Positions 47,721 through 61,616 of a stretch of 64,000 bases of DNA are shown one piece after another (the stretch's first letter is position 1; every line of letters starts with the position of its first letter). Position numbers and translations under genes: made by a program. This DNA is from the human T2T-CHM13v2.0 reference genome, Homo sapiens. The stretch lies in NCBI RefSeq assembly GCF_009914755.1, contig NC_060936.1; one strand, 5' to 3'. The notes beneath the pieces are model-generated. The model did no database searches, was not told the origin of the DNA, and saw nothing but the letters and a program-made list of their open reading frames with translations.

Positions 47721-48404
47721 TGAACTCTCGACCTCAGGTGATCCACCTGCCTCGGCCTCCCAAAGTGCTGGGATTACAGGCGTGAGCCACCGTGCCCAGC
47801 CGCACACAGGTTGTTTTAAAATGAAAACCAGAGACCCAGCAGGTGTTCGCCATGACACAGTCTCAGCCACCTTAAGAAGCTGCAGCTGGAAACAGCCAAA
47901 AGCTCACCCTGCCGGCACGGACAGGGAAACTGAAGCCACAAGAGGGGAAGTGAGACCCCTAGAACCCAGGCCCCTCACCCTTCCCCAGCAGGTTTGGAAA
48001 TAGCCATCCTTCAGGGACAGGGGACTGAGAAACTCTAAACACACCCAAGACTGCCTGCAGGTCACTCTCTGATTAGCGGAGGTGAGTGGTTGCAAGCTGT
48101 CTGTCACATCCAGCCTGCCACGTGGTTTTGTGCAGCTTGTGAGCTAAGAATGGTGGTTACATTTTTAAGTGGTTGGAAAATGTTTTGTGATGCATAAAAA
48201 CTGTGCGAAATTCGAGATTCCGTTTTCATAAAGTTTTCTTGGGACACAGCCACACTAATTGGTGTAAACATATTGTCTCTGGCTGCTTTCACGTTGCAGC
48301 GGCAGAGTTGAATAGTTTCATCACCTGCAAAGCCTCACAACACAAACGCTTAACGTTTCCTGAGCCTGTGGTCAATGCCAGACCCTGTGGTAGGTGCTTT
48401 GCAT

Positions 48405-48465
48405 ACATCAGCTCATATAATCCTCGAAGCTGCCTTTAGAAATGAGGAAACTGAAGCTGAGAGGG
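48405..48465 (+). ncRNA. MIR4496: Annotated microRNA precursor mir-4496 (MIR-derived)
   Basis: ACATCAGCTCATATAATCC...GAGGAAACTGAAGCTGAGAGGG matches the recalled miRBase entry (mature 48444-48465). It sits in a MIR core, so its status as a genuine miRNA is doubtful. Confidence 0.75.
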
Positions 48466-50859
48466 AGAATGTGCCTTGCTCAAGGGCACACAGAGTAATG
48501 GCAGAGCCAGGACTCAAGTCCAGGCACATGAAATAATGTTCTTGATCTTAACCCCTAGCCTGGGATGGTGCAGGCTGAACGGTGAGCTCCAGCACATCAG
48601 CAATTACTATATGTAAGGAAAAAGGAGTAGCTTAGCAGCAGGTAAGCTATTTCTTCTGTGTGTGTGTAATAGGGTCTTGCTCTGTGGCCTAATCTGGAGT
48701 GCAGTGGCGTGGTCATAGCTCACTGCAGCCTCAAACTCCTGGTCTCAAGCAAGCAATCCTCCTGCCTCAGCCTCCCCAGTAGCTGTTACAGGAGCACACC
48801 ACCACGCCCAGCTCCAAGTAATCTATTTCAAGGTGAGACTTGAGCAGTGAAATTTCCTTCTCAGAGGAGCAAATATTGCTAAGATAAATCTGGTGTATGT
48901 CGTCTGTGTGAAGACCATAAAACCACACTTCACCGCACCTGACATCTGTGAGAGTCAAAGACTCAAAGTGAATATGTTTCTGCTTCTAGGAATGAAGCCC
49001 AAGAAAAATACTCCAAGTTGCCTTCCAAGATTGAAGCAATGATATCTGAGGTGAGAGAAATATTGGGAAAAAACACAGACTCCCCTACTACAGAAACCTG
49101 TCCCTTGATGGAATGTGACGCAGGCATGAAAGTTATATTTATACTGAATGCTTATAAAGCACTCAAGACCTGTTAGGTAGAAAAGAGAGGGCACAGAAGT
49201 ATATAAACAGCATAATTCAAGTGTGCTTGCATGCTGAGAGGACAGACTGAAAGAAATGCTGACGGTGCCTATCTCTGGGTGGCATAATTATTAATGCCCC
49301 TTTCCTTTTAAATATATTTTCTTTTCTATATTTGTATATAGAAAAAATGTATATAATGATGTCTATTTTACTTTTTTTTCTTTTTTTTTTTTTTTTTTTT
49401 TTTTTTGAGACAGAGTCTCACTCTGTCGCCCAGGCTGGAGTGCAGTGGCACGATCTCAGCTCACTGAAACCTCTGCCTCCTGGGTTCAAGTGATTCTCCT
49501 GCCTCGGCCTTCCTAGTAGCTGAGATTACAGGTGCTCACTACCATGGCCTGCTAGTTTTTGTATTTTTAGTAGAGACGGGGTTTTGCCATGTTGGCCAGG
49601 CTAGTCTCAAGCTCCTGGCCTCAAGTGATCCACCGGCCTCCACCTCCCAAGGTGCTGGGATTACAGGCATGAGCCATCATGCCTGGTCTACTACTTTGTT
49701 TAATTGTTACAACTGCCTCATGAGGTAGGTACTATTAGTATCCCCATTTTGTAGATTAAAAAAAATGTTCCAGAGAGGTTAAGAAACTCGCCTAAGGTCA
49801 CAGAGCTAGTAAGTGGCAAAGCCAGAGTCTGAACCTAGGGTGTCCTATGAAAGAGCCTGCATTCAATCACAATAAATATTGGTTCAATATATAAGTGATT
49901 CCAGCTCCTCCTTGCAGACCTTGCCTGCTGTGATTGGTCTAAGAGGACCCAGTTCTCCCCACCTCCTCGCAACACCGTGTGAGCCTGCTTGGGGTGTGGA
50001 GCAGGAATTGCAATCAGCAAAGCCAGTGGGTGTTAGGTTCCTCTCTACACTGGAGCCCAGTAGTGGGCTAGCCTAGGAAGCAAGAGCTGTTTATGGGTCT
50101 TCTGAGAAAAATGTGCTCCTGGTTGTAACTAACTGCCTGCTACTGTTGGAACAGCCCCATGTTAAAGCAAAAACATGGCTCATTGGGCCCCTACTTGGAG
50201 CTCTCTTACAAGTGGATCCTGAGCAACTAGAGATTTGGTATTCAAACAAACAACCTATAACCTCTTTATACTTAAATGATCATCCGTGCACTAAATTCAG
50301 TCTTCCTTCCATTCGCTGATGGATGAAAATGCCTGCAGCCTCATGGTGGTCCCCAGTCCCCAGAGGCAACACCACAGCCTGTACAGCTGCATGTGTGCAG
50401 TGGTCTATTTAATTGCGTTTTGCTTCTTTGTTGTTTCGGGGTGGGGAACTGTTCCCACCAGTGACAAGCACAGCTGTAATAAAGCCTCATATTATAGAGA
50501 CAAAGAGAGGAAGGCTTGGAGGCTTGGGTGCCAAAAGCCAGCGCAACTTAGCTTCAGCCTGGTATTTACCAAGCTTAGGTTGGTCAACAGTACAGTTATT
50601 AAAGAAAATGAAAAATTAAACATTTGTGGAATCCTGAACATATGTGGCTAGGCAAGGACTATAACTGACAGGCCAGGTATAGCCTGAGATTTTATAATCT
50701 ATGTGTAACTTGTCAGGAACTGTTATCCCTCCCCGACCAGGTGCTGGCTTCCTATGCAAACCTGTGTCCGCTTCCCTAAAAATGGGGAAAACAGGGGTGA
50801 CGTCGCTTATAGAATCCCACCTCCCTTGCCAGTGGTCACTGTCCCTCCAAGGAAACTGA

Positions 50860-50875
50860 GGCTCCCTGGTGGCGC
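50860..50875 (-). promoter_or_regulatory. CTCF-like motif in a CpG-containing patch, with a nearby CRE-like TGACGTCG (~50798)
   Basis: Minus strand GCGCCACCAGGGAGCC. Confidence 0.55.
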
Positions 50876-52758
50876 AGGAGGGCACAGGCGGACCGGAGCC
50901 CAGCCAGACTGCAAAGCCCATTAAAAGCCTGTTCCTTCCTCCGAGGAAAGCAAGAGTCTAGCTGGTTGTGCCGCTTGTTTCTCAGGGCAGTGGTCTTTTC
51001 AGTTTACTCACAATGGGACCTTTTGTTCGAATGAAAGCAACGGTCTCATGAAATAGAATAAGAACAGAGCTGCTCGCAAGCAAGGCCCAGAAGGGAGGAG
51101 GGGAAGTCACGCCCAGCTGCCTGCCCTCCCCCGTTCCCCTGCTGCTAGGGGGGCTCACGGGCTACAGCTTGCTGATTTGAATCATCCAAAGGGGAAATGG
51201 TCCACTGTGGGCCTGCTCCAGCCAGGATTCAATTCCCTTTCTCAAATGGGAACAGAGCTCTGGGGAGTTCACTTTCGGCCCCAGATTTTCGCTGCCAATC
51301 TGGGTGGCACTAGGAACCAGTTTCTGGGCTGGAGACTGCAGCATGAAGCCATTCCTCCAGAGTGGAAGAAAACAGGGGCTCCCCAGCTCACTGGGTCTGC
51401 TTGGGCTGGGGGTAGCCAGCGCTGCTGGTCCCAGACCTGGAAGGCCAGAGGGCAAACAAATGTTAGAAATGTACTCCAGACTCCGTGATTCTTCCCCAGA
51501 GGGTAGTGGCTGAAGGAATCCATGCCTCTGGCAGACATCCTCAATCACCTGGCCTCAAAGACCCCTGGGAAGGGGTCTTTAGGGGAGAGACCTTGGTGTT
51601 GTTTGAGGAGGCCAGGGGCCTGGCAATAGGAGTCCTGGGATATTTTGTGGAATTTAAGATCAGAAATAAAGCTGGACCTTAGGCATGGACTCGGGGAGCT
51701 ACAGGGACCCAGAAGCCCTTTCTTCATCACTGTGTATCTGCTCTGCCTGCGTGGTCCCTGGCTTCCCCAACTCCCAGGCCCCCATAAAGGAAAACCCAGA
51801 TCTGATGCCACTGATGGTGGCTCCAAGGGGCTCATAGGTCACCTGGAGTTGACTGTGCTCCGGGACAGTCTTATTCTGTGAGCAAAGTACCGCTGGGCGG
51901 ATAATGCAATATGTGCTCCCATCCCAGATAATGTCTACATTTTCAACTATTCAGTCTTTCAGTAAGTACTGATTGGCACATCATGCCAGATTCTGGGGAT
52001 CCTGGTGAAGGAAACCAGTGCCTGTCCTCATGCGGCTTATATTCAATTCAGGGAAGACACTCAAAACTCCAATGAGATGATAGATCAGCTATCAGTGCTA
52101 CTAAGGTGCTACGGGCACTATTTACATATGGGGGTCAGGTGAAGTGCTGGGAAGGGCAGACACTGGAGGTGGGGAAAGGATGGGCACTCCCGAGAGAACA
52201 GCACCTGCGAAGCTCAGGGGTAGAAGGCCTCCTGAACACAAGAGAACATCAGGAGAGGATGAGGGGCGGCAGGGCAGGCAACACGGGGCCTCCTAAGCCA
52301 GTGGTGAGGATTTAGTTTTTATTCTGAGTGGGATGGGAAACCATGGAGGGTTTGAAGCCTTAGACACAGGGGTCAATGAGCTTTTTCTTAAAGGGCTACA
52401 CAGTAAATATTTTAGGCTTTGTGGCCATACGATCTCTGTTGCAGCTACTCAACTCTTCAAGTATAGAGCAAAAGCAGCCACAGACAAGGCACAGTGTGTT
52501 CCAATAAGCTTTACTGATGGACACTGAAATTTGAATTTCATATCATTTTTACTTGTCACTAAATATTGTTTTTTCCCCCAACCATTTAAAAATGTAAAAA
52601 GCCTTCTTAGCTTGTGGGCTACACAGAAGCTTCCGGCAGGTTGGAGTTAGCCCATGGGCCTTAGCATGTCTTCCCCCACCTTAATACCTGAAAAGGTGAC
52701 TATGGCTGCAGCTCTGAGAACAGATTCAAGTGGGTGGGGGAAGCTGGGTTAGGAAGCT

Positions 52759-53502
<744 letters not shown>

Positions 53503-56500
53503 GAGGCTCTGTCCACGCAGAAATGATGGGAGCACAGGCTGGGGGAGTCACCGGGCAGGTGTGAGAAGTAGCTGGGATATGGATGCACTGTGAAACCAGA
53601 GCCTGGGTGTGGGATACGCAAGAAGAGATGGGAGTCAAGGAGGCTCAGAGGTGGAAGAGCATGAACTTCCTCCTGTAGACAAAAGGGATAATCACTTGTG
53701 TCTCCTTCAGAGACCTTGACAGAAAACATCACTCTAGAAGCAAAACAGGGAACAGGCGGTTGGAGGCAGAGAAACCAGCTACAAGGCTGTTCGGACACTA
53801 GACTGTTATCTACATGGGGAGGCACCTGGCAGGTGGCCAGATCCCCAGATGGAATCTCCACCTTGTGGTTTATGAGGCATTCTAGGCCACTGCCTCCTGA
53901 AGACACTGCTCAGGGTGGTAAGAACTCATTTTGCATTTGGGGAGCTGTAGGTGGGGATGGTGATAAGCAGCCCAGGATTTTGTTCGCCAAGAGGTATTAT
54001 TCCAACTTCCACAACCCAAATAGCATCTCTGCACGGAAATGAAGCTGCAACAGCTCCCTGTCATGGATGGGGCACTTCCCAGTTCTCAGACTTCATCACT
54101 AGAGCCCCCAAGCTTGGATGTTGTTGCTGAACTCCCTCAAGGCACTAAGTGTTAGCCTGAGCACCTCTCCTGGCTGGACCAGGGGTCACTTGCTCCATTA
54201 CAGTTCTCTCCAGCTCGGTGACACTCTCACTGTAAATGCAAGTTCTCACTCAGTGAATGCCAAGACGAATGCAACCCTACCTAGTGGGGTAGAGATTAGG
54301 AAATGGGCGATGAGAGGCACAGGGCTCTTGGGAAGGGAGCCCTGCTGCTGGGGGCCTGAGAGACACCCAGTGGAGAGGAGCCTGGACAAACTTGGCAACC
54401 AGCCCCAACCACGTTCCGCAGCATTTTGGGGGCCAGGCACCCTGTGTGTGATCCCTTTCCACTGTAACCAGGCCTGCTCCCTGCTCTTCCCCTCGGAGAC
54501 ACAGATGACTGCTCCTCTCTGGCAGCCCAAAGCTTTCTCTGCCCCCACAACTGCCTGGGGGCCTTTGAGCCACTTCTCCCCAGTTCTGTTCCAAACCCAC
54601 CAGGAAGTCCTTCCCCAAAAGTCCACTTACTCTTTGAGATCAGTGTGAGGAAGCTACTCTAAGAACAAAACTAAGCACCCGGTGGTGAGTGCCCAAGCTC
54701 AAGTGTGCAGATTTTTTCTGACAGCAGAATAGACCTGTCTACTTGCCTTCCAAGTTGAGTCCTGAAGTGGGTAACTTCCTCCTCTGACTTCTGCCCTCAG
54801 GCTCCCTGGGCAACGGCCCTGACGTTGCTTTCTAGCCCCTCACCATGAAGCCTGTCAGGGAGCCGCGTGCCTCACCCTCTATCTGCCCCTCACTAAACTC
54901 AGGATCCTAAAATCTGCCCTCTTACCCATTTTCGTTCACATGAATTAAACTCCAACTACAATGAATTTGAAGGATCCCATCTGCCTCTCTAAACTCACCC
55001 CCCTCCACATTTCAGCCAATCCAACCAACTCAGCAGTCACCTTATCCTCAAGGATCTTGGGAAGCGCAGTAATTCCCATCTCCCACCCAGCCCTCCTGAC
55101 ACTCGCCACAGGGGAACTTTCAGCCGGCACACCACGGCCAGTGTCGCCTAGCGAACACACCCCCCCCCACCCCCCACCCCAAAGTTCGAAGTTGAGAATA
55201 AGCCATTTGCTGGTGGACTCGGTTCCCACAGGAGGGATGAGGACAGCTGCCATCTGCACATCAGCTGCCTAGGACTTAACATTTCACACGTCACGTTTCA
55301 AATAGAGGCAGCAGCTGCAGCTGAGATGAAGCATATCAAAGTATACTTAGCCCTTACTATATTGGAAGAAAACGTATTTCCCAGTTCCGATGACCTTTGT
55401 TTTCTGCCATATTAAAGTCTTACGTAATTTAATTTTTATATAGCCAATCTGTCTTTTCCTTTGTGATGTATTCCATTGCTTTAGGGCTTACATTTTTTCT
55501 AGTCTGAAGTGTAGATTAAAAGGGACTTACTTTCTTCTAAATAGAAAAAGAAAAGGTTTTATTTTAACTGTGGACTCCATTAAGAATGTATATTGGTGTC
55601 CCTGCTGCCCCCACAGCTAACCAAATGTTGCTGCACCATTTCAAACATCTCCACTGATTTATGCTTATCTTAATAATTATTAACTTATCACTAATACATT
55701 AATTTTAATAATGCCTTTCTGGGAATAAATACATTTATAGGAAATTTCTAAATTCAGAAAAATAGGATTAAATAGAAATTACACACAACTTTACCTCCCT
55801 ATAGCAATAACAACATTTCTGGTATTTATTCTACACATAAGTATACATTGTATATGCATATATCCTTTAAAAAGTTTGTCACAAGCCATCTGTTCGGGGT
55901 TGGTTTTACATATCTGTATTAGGAAACCTACACCTCTCACTAGAAGTTCTGGTCCTGAATGTTCTTATGAGGTCCAATGGACTTCACTTTCTTCCCCATT
56001 TTACTTCTGAATGGATTAGCCAACTAACATCATTTACTGCAGAGTGACTCCATGGGGTAGAGAGCTGATGAGAATTACTTTGTAAACACACTTTTTATGC
56101 TGACATCAGCAACACAGTTCACTGCAGGGCTCTTGGCATACACAGAAAAAAGTTGGTAGTGACATCCAGCACCCAGAAATAATATACTTTCATGTTTCAA
56201 CCTAGGTAGGTATATATTTTAAACCCAAGTTGGAATTGACTTTATTTTACTATTTTTTTAATGTTTCCTATTCAATACTCTTTTTAAATGACTTTAAATA
56301 ATGGAACAGAATTATAACATATGGATATGACAAGTAACTTACTGACCCCCTTCTGCAGAGTTGATTTTACTCTTCTAATTCCTGAATATACCTCCCACTA
56401 GTTCCCTGGGACAAAATTTCCAAAGGTGAGAATCTTGGGTCTTAAGAAAACCTTTAAGGCTTTTGATCCACTTGCCAGACTGCCCTCTGGAAAGGCTGTC

Positions 56501-57699
56501 CACCCCGCACATACCCGCTTTTCGCAGGAGAGGACTGCCACCCCTACATTCTTTGGCAAGGGACTTCTTTTTAACGAATAAAAGAGCACAAAGGGCACTG
56601 TCCAGCCTGGACATCAAGGGTTGCCCGTCTGAAGCAGGAAAGGCGTGCCCTTGACGGTGACTCATGTCCGTGACCCACTGCCAGCACTGGGATACTTAAT
56701 GTGCCCGCAGAAAGAGAAGGGCCCACTTAGAGTTAACAGATTCTTAAGAGCCAACAAAGAGTTTTTCTGGGTGTAGAATACCAAGTACAGCAAGGGAAGT
56801 GACCTTGAAAAAAAAAATGGAAGTTCCCCCCAGACGAGGTCTGGCTGGCTGTCTGGGGCCAGCATGCTGACCTTCAGGTCTTCTGGCAAAGAATCAAGGT
56901 GGCCCGAGTGAGAAAACAAGTTAGTCATAAACAGACCACCACGCGTCTCCTGGCTGACTGCGGGCACCTCGGGTCTACAGAGAGCCCTGCCAACTTCTAC
57001 TTCCTGCAGCCACGAGTGGACCAAGAACATGGCAGCCATTCTTCTCATAGACTAAAGCAACTTTAAGATAAGGCATTTGAGGAAGGGGAGCTTTATGCTG
57101 ACCATTCATCATATTCAGAAAAAGCAAACAGTGGGAAATTCTTTGCTACAATCACTGAAATGTCACGAGACAATGTCATAGTGCGAAAGGGAAGCCCTGC
57201 AATTCAACTGACCCTGGAAGCCTGCTGGAATAAAAGTCACAGCTGAGCCAAGAGAATTTTGCTTCTATTGAAGAAAAAGTGCTTTCAAAGACTCTGTCAG
57301 AAAATCAACTCATAATAGTAACAGTAGCGGCCATGCAGCGAGGGTTGTTTGTGTGGCCACACAGGTATTCCTCTCATCTGAACTACATGGAATTATCATC
57401 CTCCTTTCAAGAAAAGGGACTCAGAAGGATTAGGAACCCCATCCCAGGACACACCGCTGGCAAAGGTCTGAGGCAGGATCCAAAGGCTCAGGTCTGCTGG
57501 AAGCCAAAACACAGTGCTTGACTGGCTTGGAGACCTCACTTGTACTTGAACTGAGCCACCCACACGCGCTTCCCCTGTACTTACCCCCGGAGAGGAGTAT
57601 GGCACCGTGCTCGTCCACCAAAGTCAGAGAAGCTATGTCAGGCAGAGAGGTGGGGGCTGCCTCACAGACAGCCAAGGCGTGAAATAAACACAAACACCA

Positions 57700-59992
57700 T
57701 TTTGTAATCAATGATTTTTATCTCTGAAAATGGAAGCAAGTGTTTTGACAGAACACTATGGCCACTCTATAAGAGCCGACCTAGGAGTAATTCACTGTCC
57801 TCTTCTGGGATGTCATGGCTTAAAAAAAAAAAAAAAAAAAGACAAAACAGGAAAATAATCCACAATGCTTTGGGCGCCTACTCTGAGCTTGGCTGGGCAT
57901 CCATTCATTAAATAAGTCATAAGCTACAAACTAAGATCAGGGTAACTTTCCCTTGCCCTCCTGCTTCTCTTTGAACCACATGCCCTACGGTGTTTCACCA
58001 CCATCAACAACTTTACTTCATTAATTCGATATCAGAACCTTAAAACACTACTGAATCTTAGACAAAAGGTCCTCAGCAGATTACATTGATAAAGAAACAA
58101 ATACAGATTTGAATATAAGTCATTGCCATTATTGTTTTCTTTACATCTCATGATCCACTTCAATATTAAACACATACATACACACACACAAAACCACATC
58201 AAACATTCAGATGCCCTGAAATTGTGGAGACAGCACTCCCAGTATTGGCTGGATAAGAACATGGTCCTTTTTCTACACGGACATTACTCCAAGTTCGGCT
58301 GTCACCACACTCTGCCCTCACCCTGGCTCCCTGCATACAGACGTTTCCAGCCAGTCCCATGCCCACACCAGCACGAGCATGTGCAAGAATTCCCTTCGTG
58401 GTCCCAATGGCACTACACATTTCACGTTCAATCACAGACAGCCCTTCCAAAACAGAGGCTCCTTAAATCTTGTTTCCCAAGCATGCACTATAAGAAACTG
58501 GAAACGGGGCAAAGTTCCAGCTAACCGAGGAATGAACAGGTGACCAGAGCTCAGTCTCTGGCCCCCTCCGAGTCCGGGGAGCCTCTGTGCTTTGACGCAG
58601 CCTTGGTGCGAGATGGAGAGGCAGGGCAGGTTAGTTGTGCGGAGGGACATGTTTGTATGCATTAAAGCTACAGCAGAGGTCTGCGCTCCTGTTTCTGCTT
58701 CACTCTCTATCATTCTCCTCAGTCTCAATACTCATTCAATCGCACCCTCTGGCCTTGTCTTAGCTTAATGTGGTTAGAGCTAAAAGGCAGGAAGGAAAGA
58801 AGGAATGGCTGGGGGAGCCCTGAGAGAGGTCGCAGCACATGTGAGGAAGAGGGTAGAGCAGGAGCTTTGTTGGTGGAAGGAGAGCCACTTCCTCCTCCAA
58901 CACAGCATGGGGACAGCACAGGGAAACAGGATCACCCAGGGCAAATACCCCTCTCCACATGCCCACATTTTTAGTCCCCACCACTGTACTCAAGAGCTGG
59001 GCAAGCTGCTGAAAAGGGCAAGAAGGAACACTCAGCAGTACACGTCTTCCTGTCCTGGGCACCCTTGTCAAGTATTGACCAAAACCTGAAACATGATGTT
59101 TAAAGTGATGAATGCAATATGATCCTAGGTGTGTAACAAACTGCAGAAACACATGCTAGTTTGGGTTAGATTATAATCATCTGAAGCACAGGATAACCGA
59201 GAAGCAAAATTCCATTCTGGTACAAACACCCAATTTCTAGAAAAGAGAAAGGAAAAGAAGAAATACGACGTGAGCTTTTTTGATCAGAAGACTCCATGAA
59301 ATGAGAGCGGTGGTAATATGAATCCACGTGATTTTTCAAGTCTTCCTGTTGTACAGTCATCAAAATGACCAGGTTTGTGCTGCAAAGGAGCCAGCACCAT
59401 GTGGCTACTGCTTTGATTGTTCTCAGATGAATGTTTATACAAAATAATATCTTATCTTCATTTAGTTTATAAACATACACAGTGCTGTCCCTTTCAAATT
59501 AAGGAAAAAAAACCACACACACAAATACTGCAAAGTAGCAAAATACAAAGGAAAACAAAGCTACTTTTGGTTTTGGCAACATTAAAAAAGAAAGAAATAT
59601 AAAAAGCAATGTGGCATTGGTCCCTATTCATTAAAAAAAAAGGGTACTTGGGCACGACACAATCAGAATTAGTTTGTTTTCTAAAATTCAGAGTATCTGG
59701 GATTTTAAAAGTAGCACTTTTTAAAAAGTTCAACAAGTCACATAACACTTAAAACATCAAAAAAGCTTTCTGATAAAAAGCTCAGCTTTTAAATCACGTT
59801 TTGTTTCTGCAAATTTGGGAGACAAATTGAGTTCTTACTGGAATGTGGCCTATCGCTGGTTGACAAATCTGAAATGGAATGTCTCCAAATGGCAGTGCCT
59901 CCCTTTCCGCCCTCCCTAGGACCACACCAATAACCAGCTCCCAAGCACAAGTTCTTGCTCCCATTTTTTCTGTAGGGGTGGGGGTGGGACCT
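57700..59992 (-). other. CORO1C: CORO1C 3'UTR (~2.3 kb)
   Basis: Repeat-poor, AU-rich sequence after the stop codon, ending near a variant GATAAA signal (57722-57717) followed by a GT-rich downstream element. Confidence 0.75.
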
Positions 59993-60112
59993 TCAGGCTG
60001 CTATCTTTGCCATCTGCTGTTCTAACTTGGAAATACGCTCATCTTGATTGCAGATTGTGTCTTTTATAGATTTGATCTCTTTTAAAATCTCATCCAACTT
60101 GGCTTCATTTTG
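59993..60112 (-). CDS. CORO1C: Coronin-1C last coding exon (coiled coil QNEAKLDEILKEIKSIKDTICNQDERISKLEQQMAKIAA*)
   Basis: Acceptor TTTCTTAG| at 60113; 120 nt = 39 aa + TGA; recognised coronin C-terminal coiled coil. Confidence 0.96.
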   Translation of the reverse strand, partial: QNEAKLDEILKEIKSIKDTICNQDERISKLEQQMAKIAA

Positions 60113-61147
60113 CTAAGAAAACAAAAAAAGGAGGCAGTGATTAAAATGCAGTAAACAAAGTTCAACACTGTTCAAAACTTGTAAGATATAAAATGTAGTT
60201 TTCTATTTTGCAAACGGCAAGCCATAGTCACCAAGTTGAAAAGAGAAGTCAAAGCCCTACTATGTCTGGGGCTTTGAATGCAATGAGCACTGGCCGATCT
60301 ATCTGAGATCCCGTGGCAAAACAACAGTGTGTCACAGTGTCACAGTGCCACTTCTGATCCCGAAGCCTGTGCATTTACTCAAACAAAGGGTCTCCTGGGT
60401 CACAGTTAGACTATAGGACAAAACAGGCTCCTTCAACAGTGTCCTACGTCCTAACCACCCCAATCATTCCATCAAGAGTAACTTCTATCTGACCAGAGAG
60501 AGGGGTGACTCTCCCAGAGGCTACAGAGCTCCTGCCATCTGTGAGGGAGGCTCCTTCTTGGGAGGGAAACCCTTGCCCTGTGTGTCCACTCCTTCTCTCT
60601 TACCCAGGACCTGCTCTCCCGGCAACAGCAGCACTCTCCAGTGGCCGCAGCGAGTCAAAGGCAGGCTTGATTCCCAATTCCCCACCCAAAGGGCTCTTGC
60701 CTAAATCCCCCTTGTTGCCAGCCCCACACCGCCAGATCCTTCTGTCGTAGCCACTCAGCTACATCTGAACACGTGCCACTCCCTCCTTCCAGGGACCTCC
60801 TCTCCCTGGTGCCTATGACCCCACACTCCCATGATATTTTATTTCTACCCAAATCAGAGAAGGGTTTAACTAGTTTGGCAAAAGACAGGAAAAACCCAAG
60901 AGGCTCCTGTTCACACTGAGAGATAGGAGGAAACTGATACCTATCCCAATCATGGTGGTCTGTGGCCACACTTGGCTCCTTTAATGGGGCTAAAGGAGCT
61001 TTAACTCCGTTAAAGGAGGCAAGTGTTGCCACAAACCACCACCATCACGTGACCGAGGACCTTCTCCCACTTTTTCATTTACTGAAAACCCCTGAGCACC
61101 CAGCTGGGACAGTACTCGCCGACGCCCTGGACCACAAGGGCTTTCTA

Positions 61148-61444
<297 letters not shown>

Positions 61445-61523
61445 CTACAAGAGACATTTGGCACCCGTGGGTAAGGAAGAAGAAAGGCCTGGGATTTTTG
61501 AATTTTATTTTTACATTTGTTTA

Positions 61524-61616
<93 letters not shown>

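Noticed and set aside
48405-48465. MIR4496 as a novel regulatory RNA
   Set aside because: Already annotated, MIR-derived and only weakly base-paired.
57683-57688. Plus-strand AATAAA opposite the CORO1C 3' end
   Set aside because: More simply read as part of CORO1C's U/GU-rich downstream element on the minus strand.
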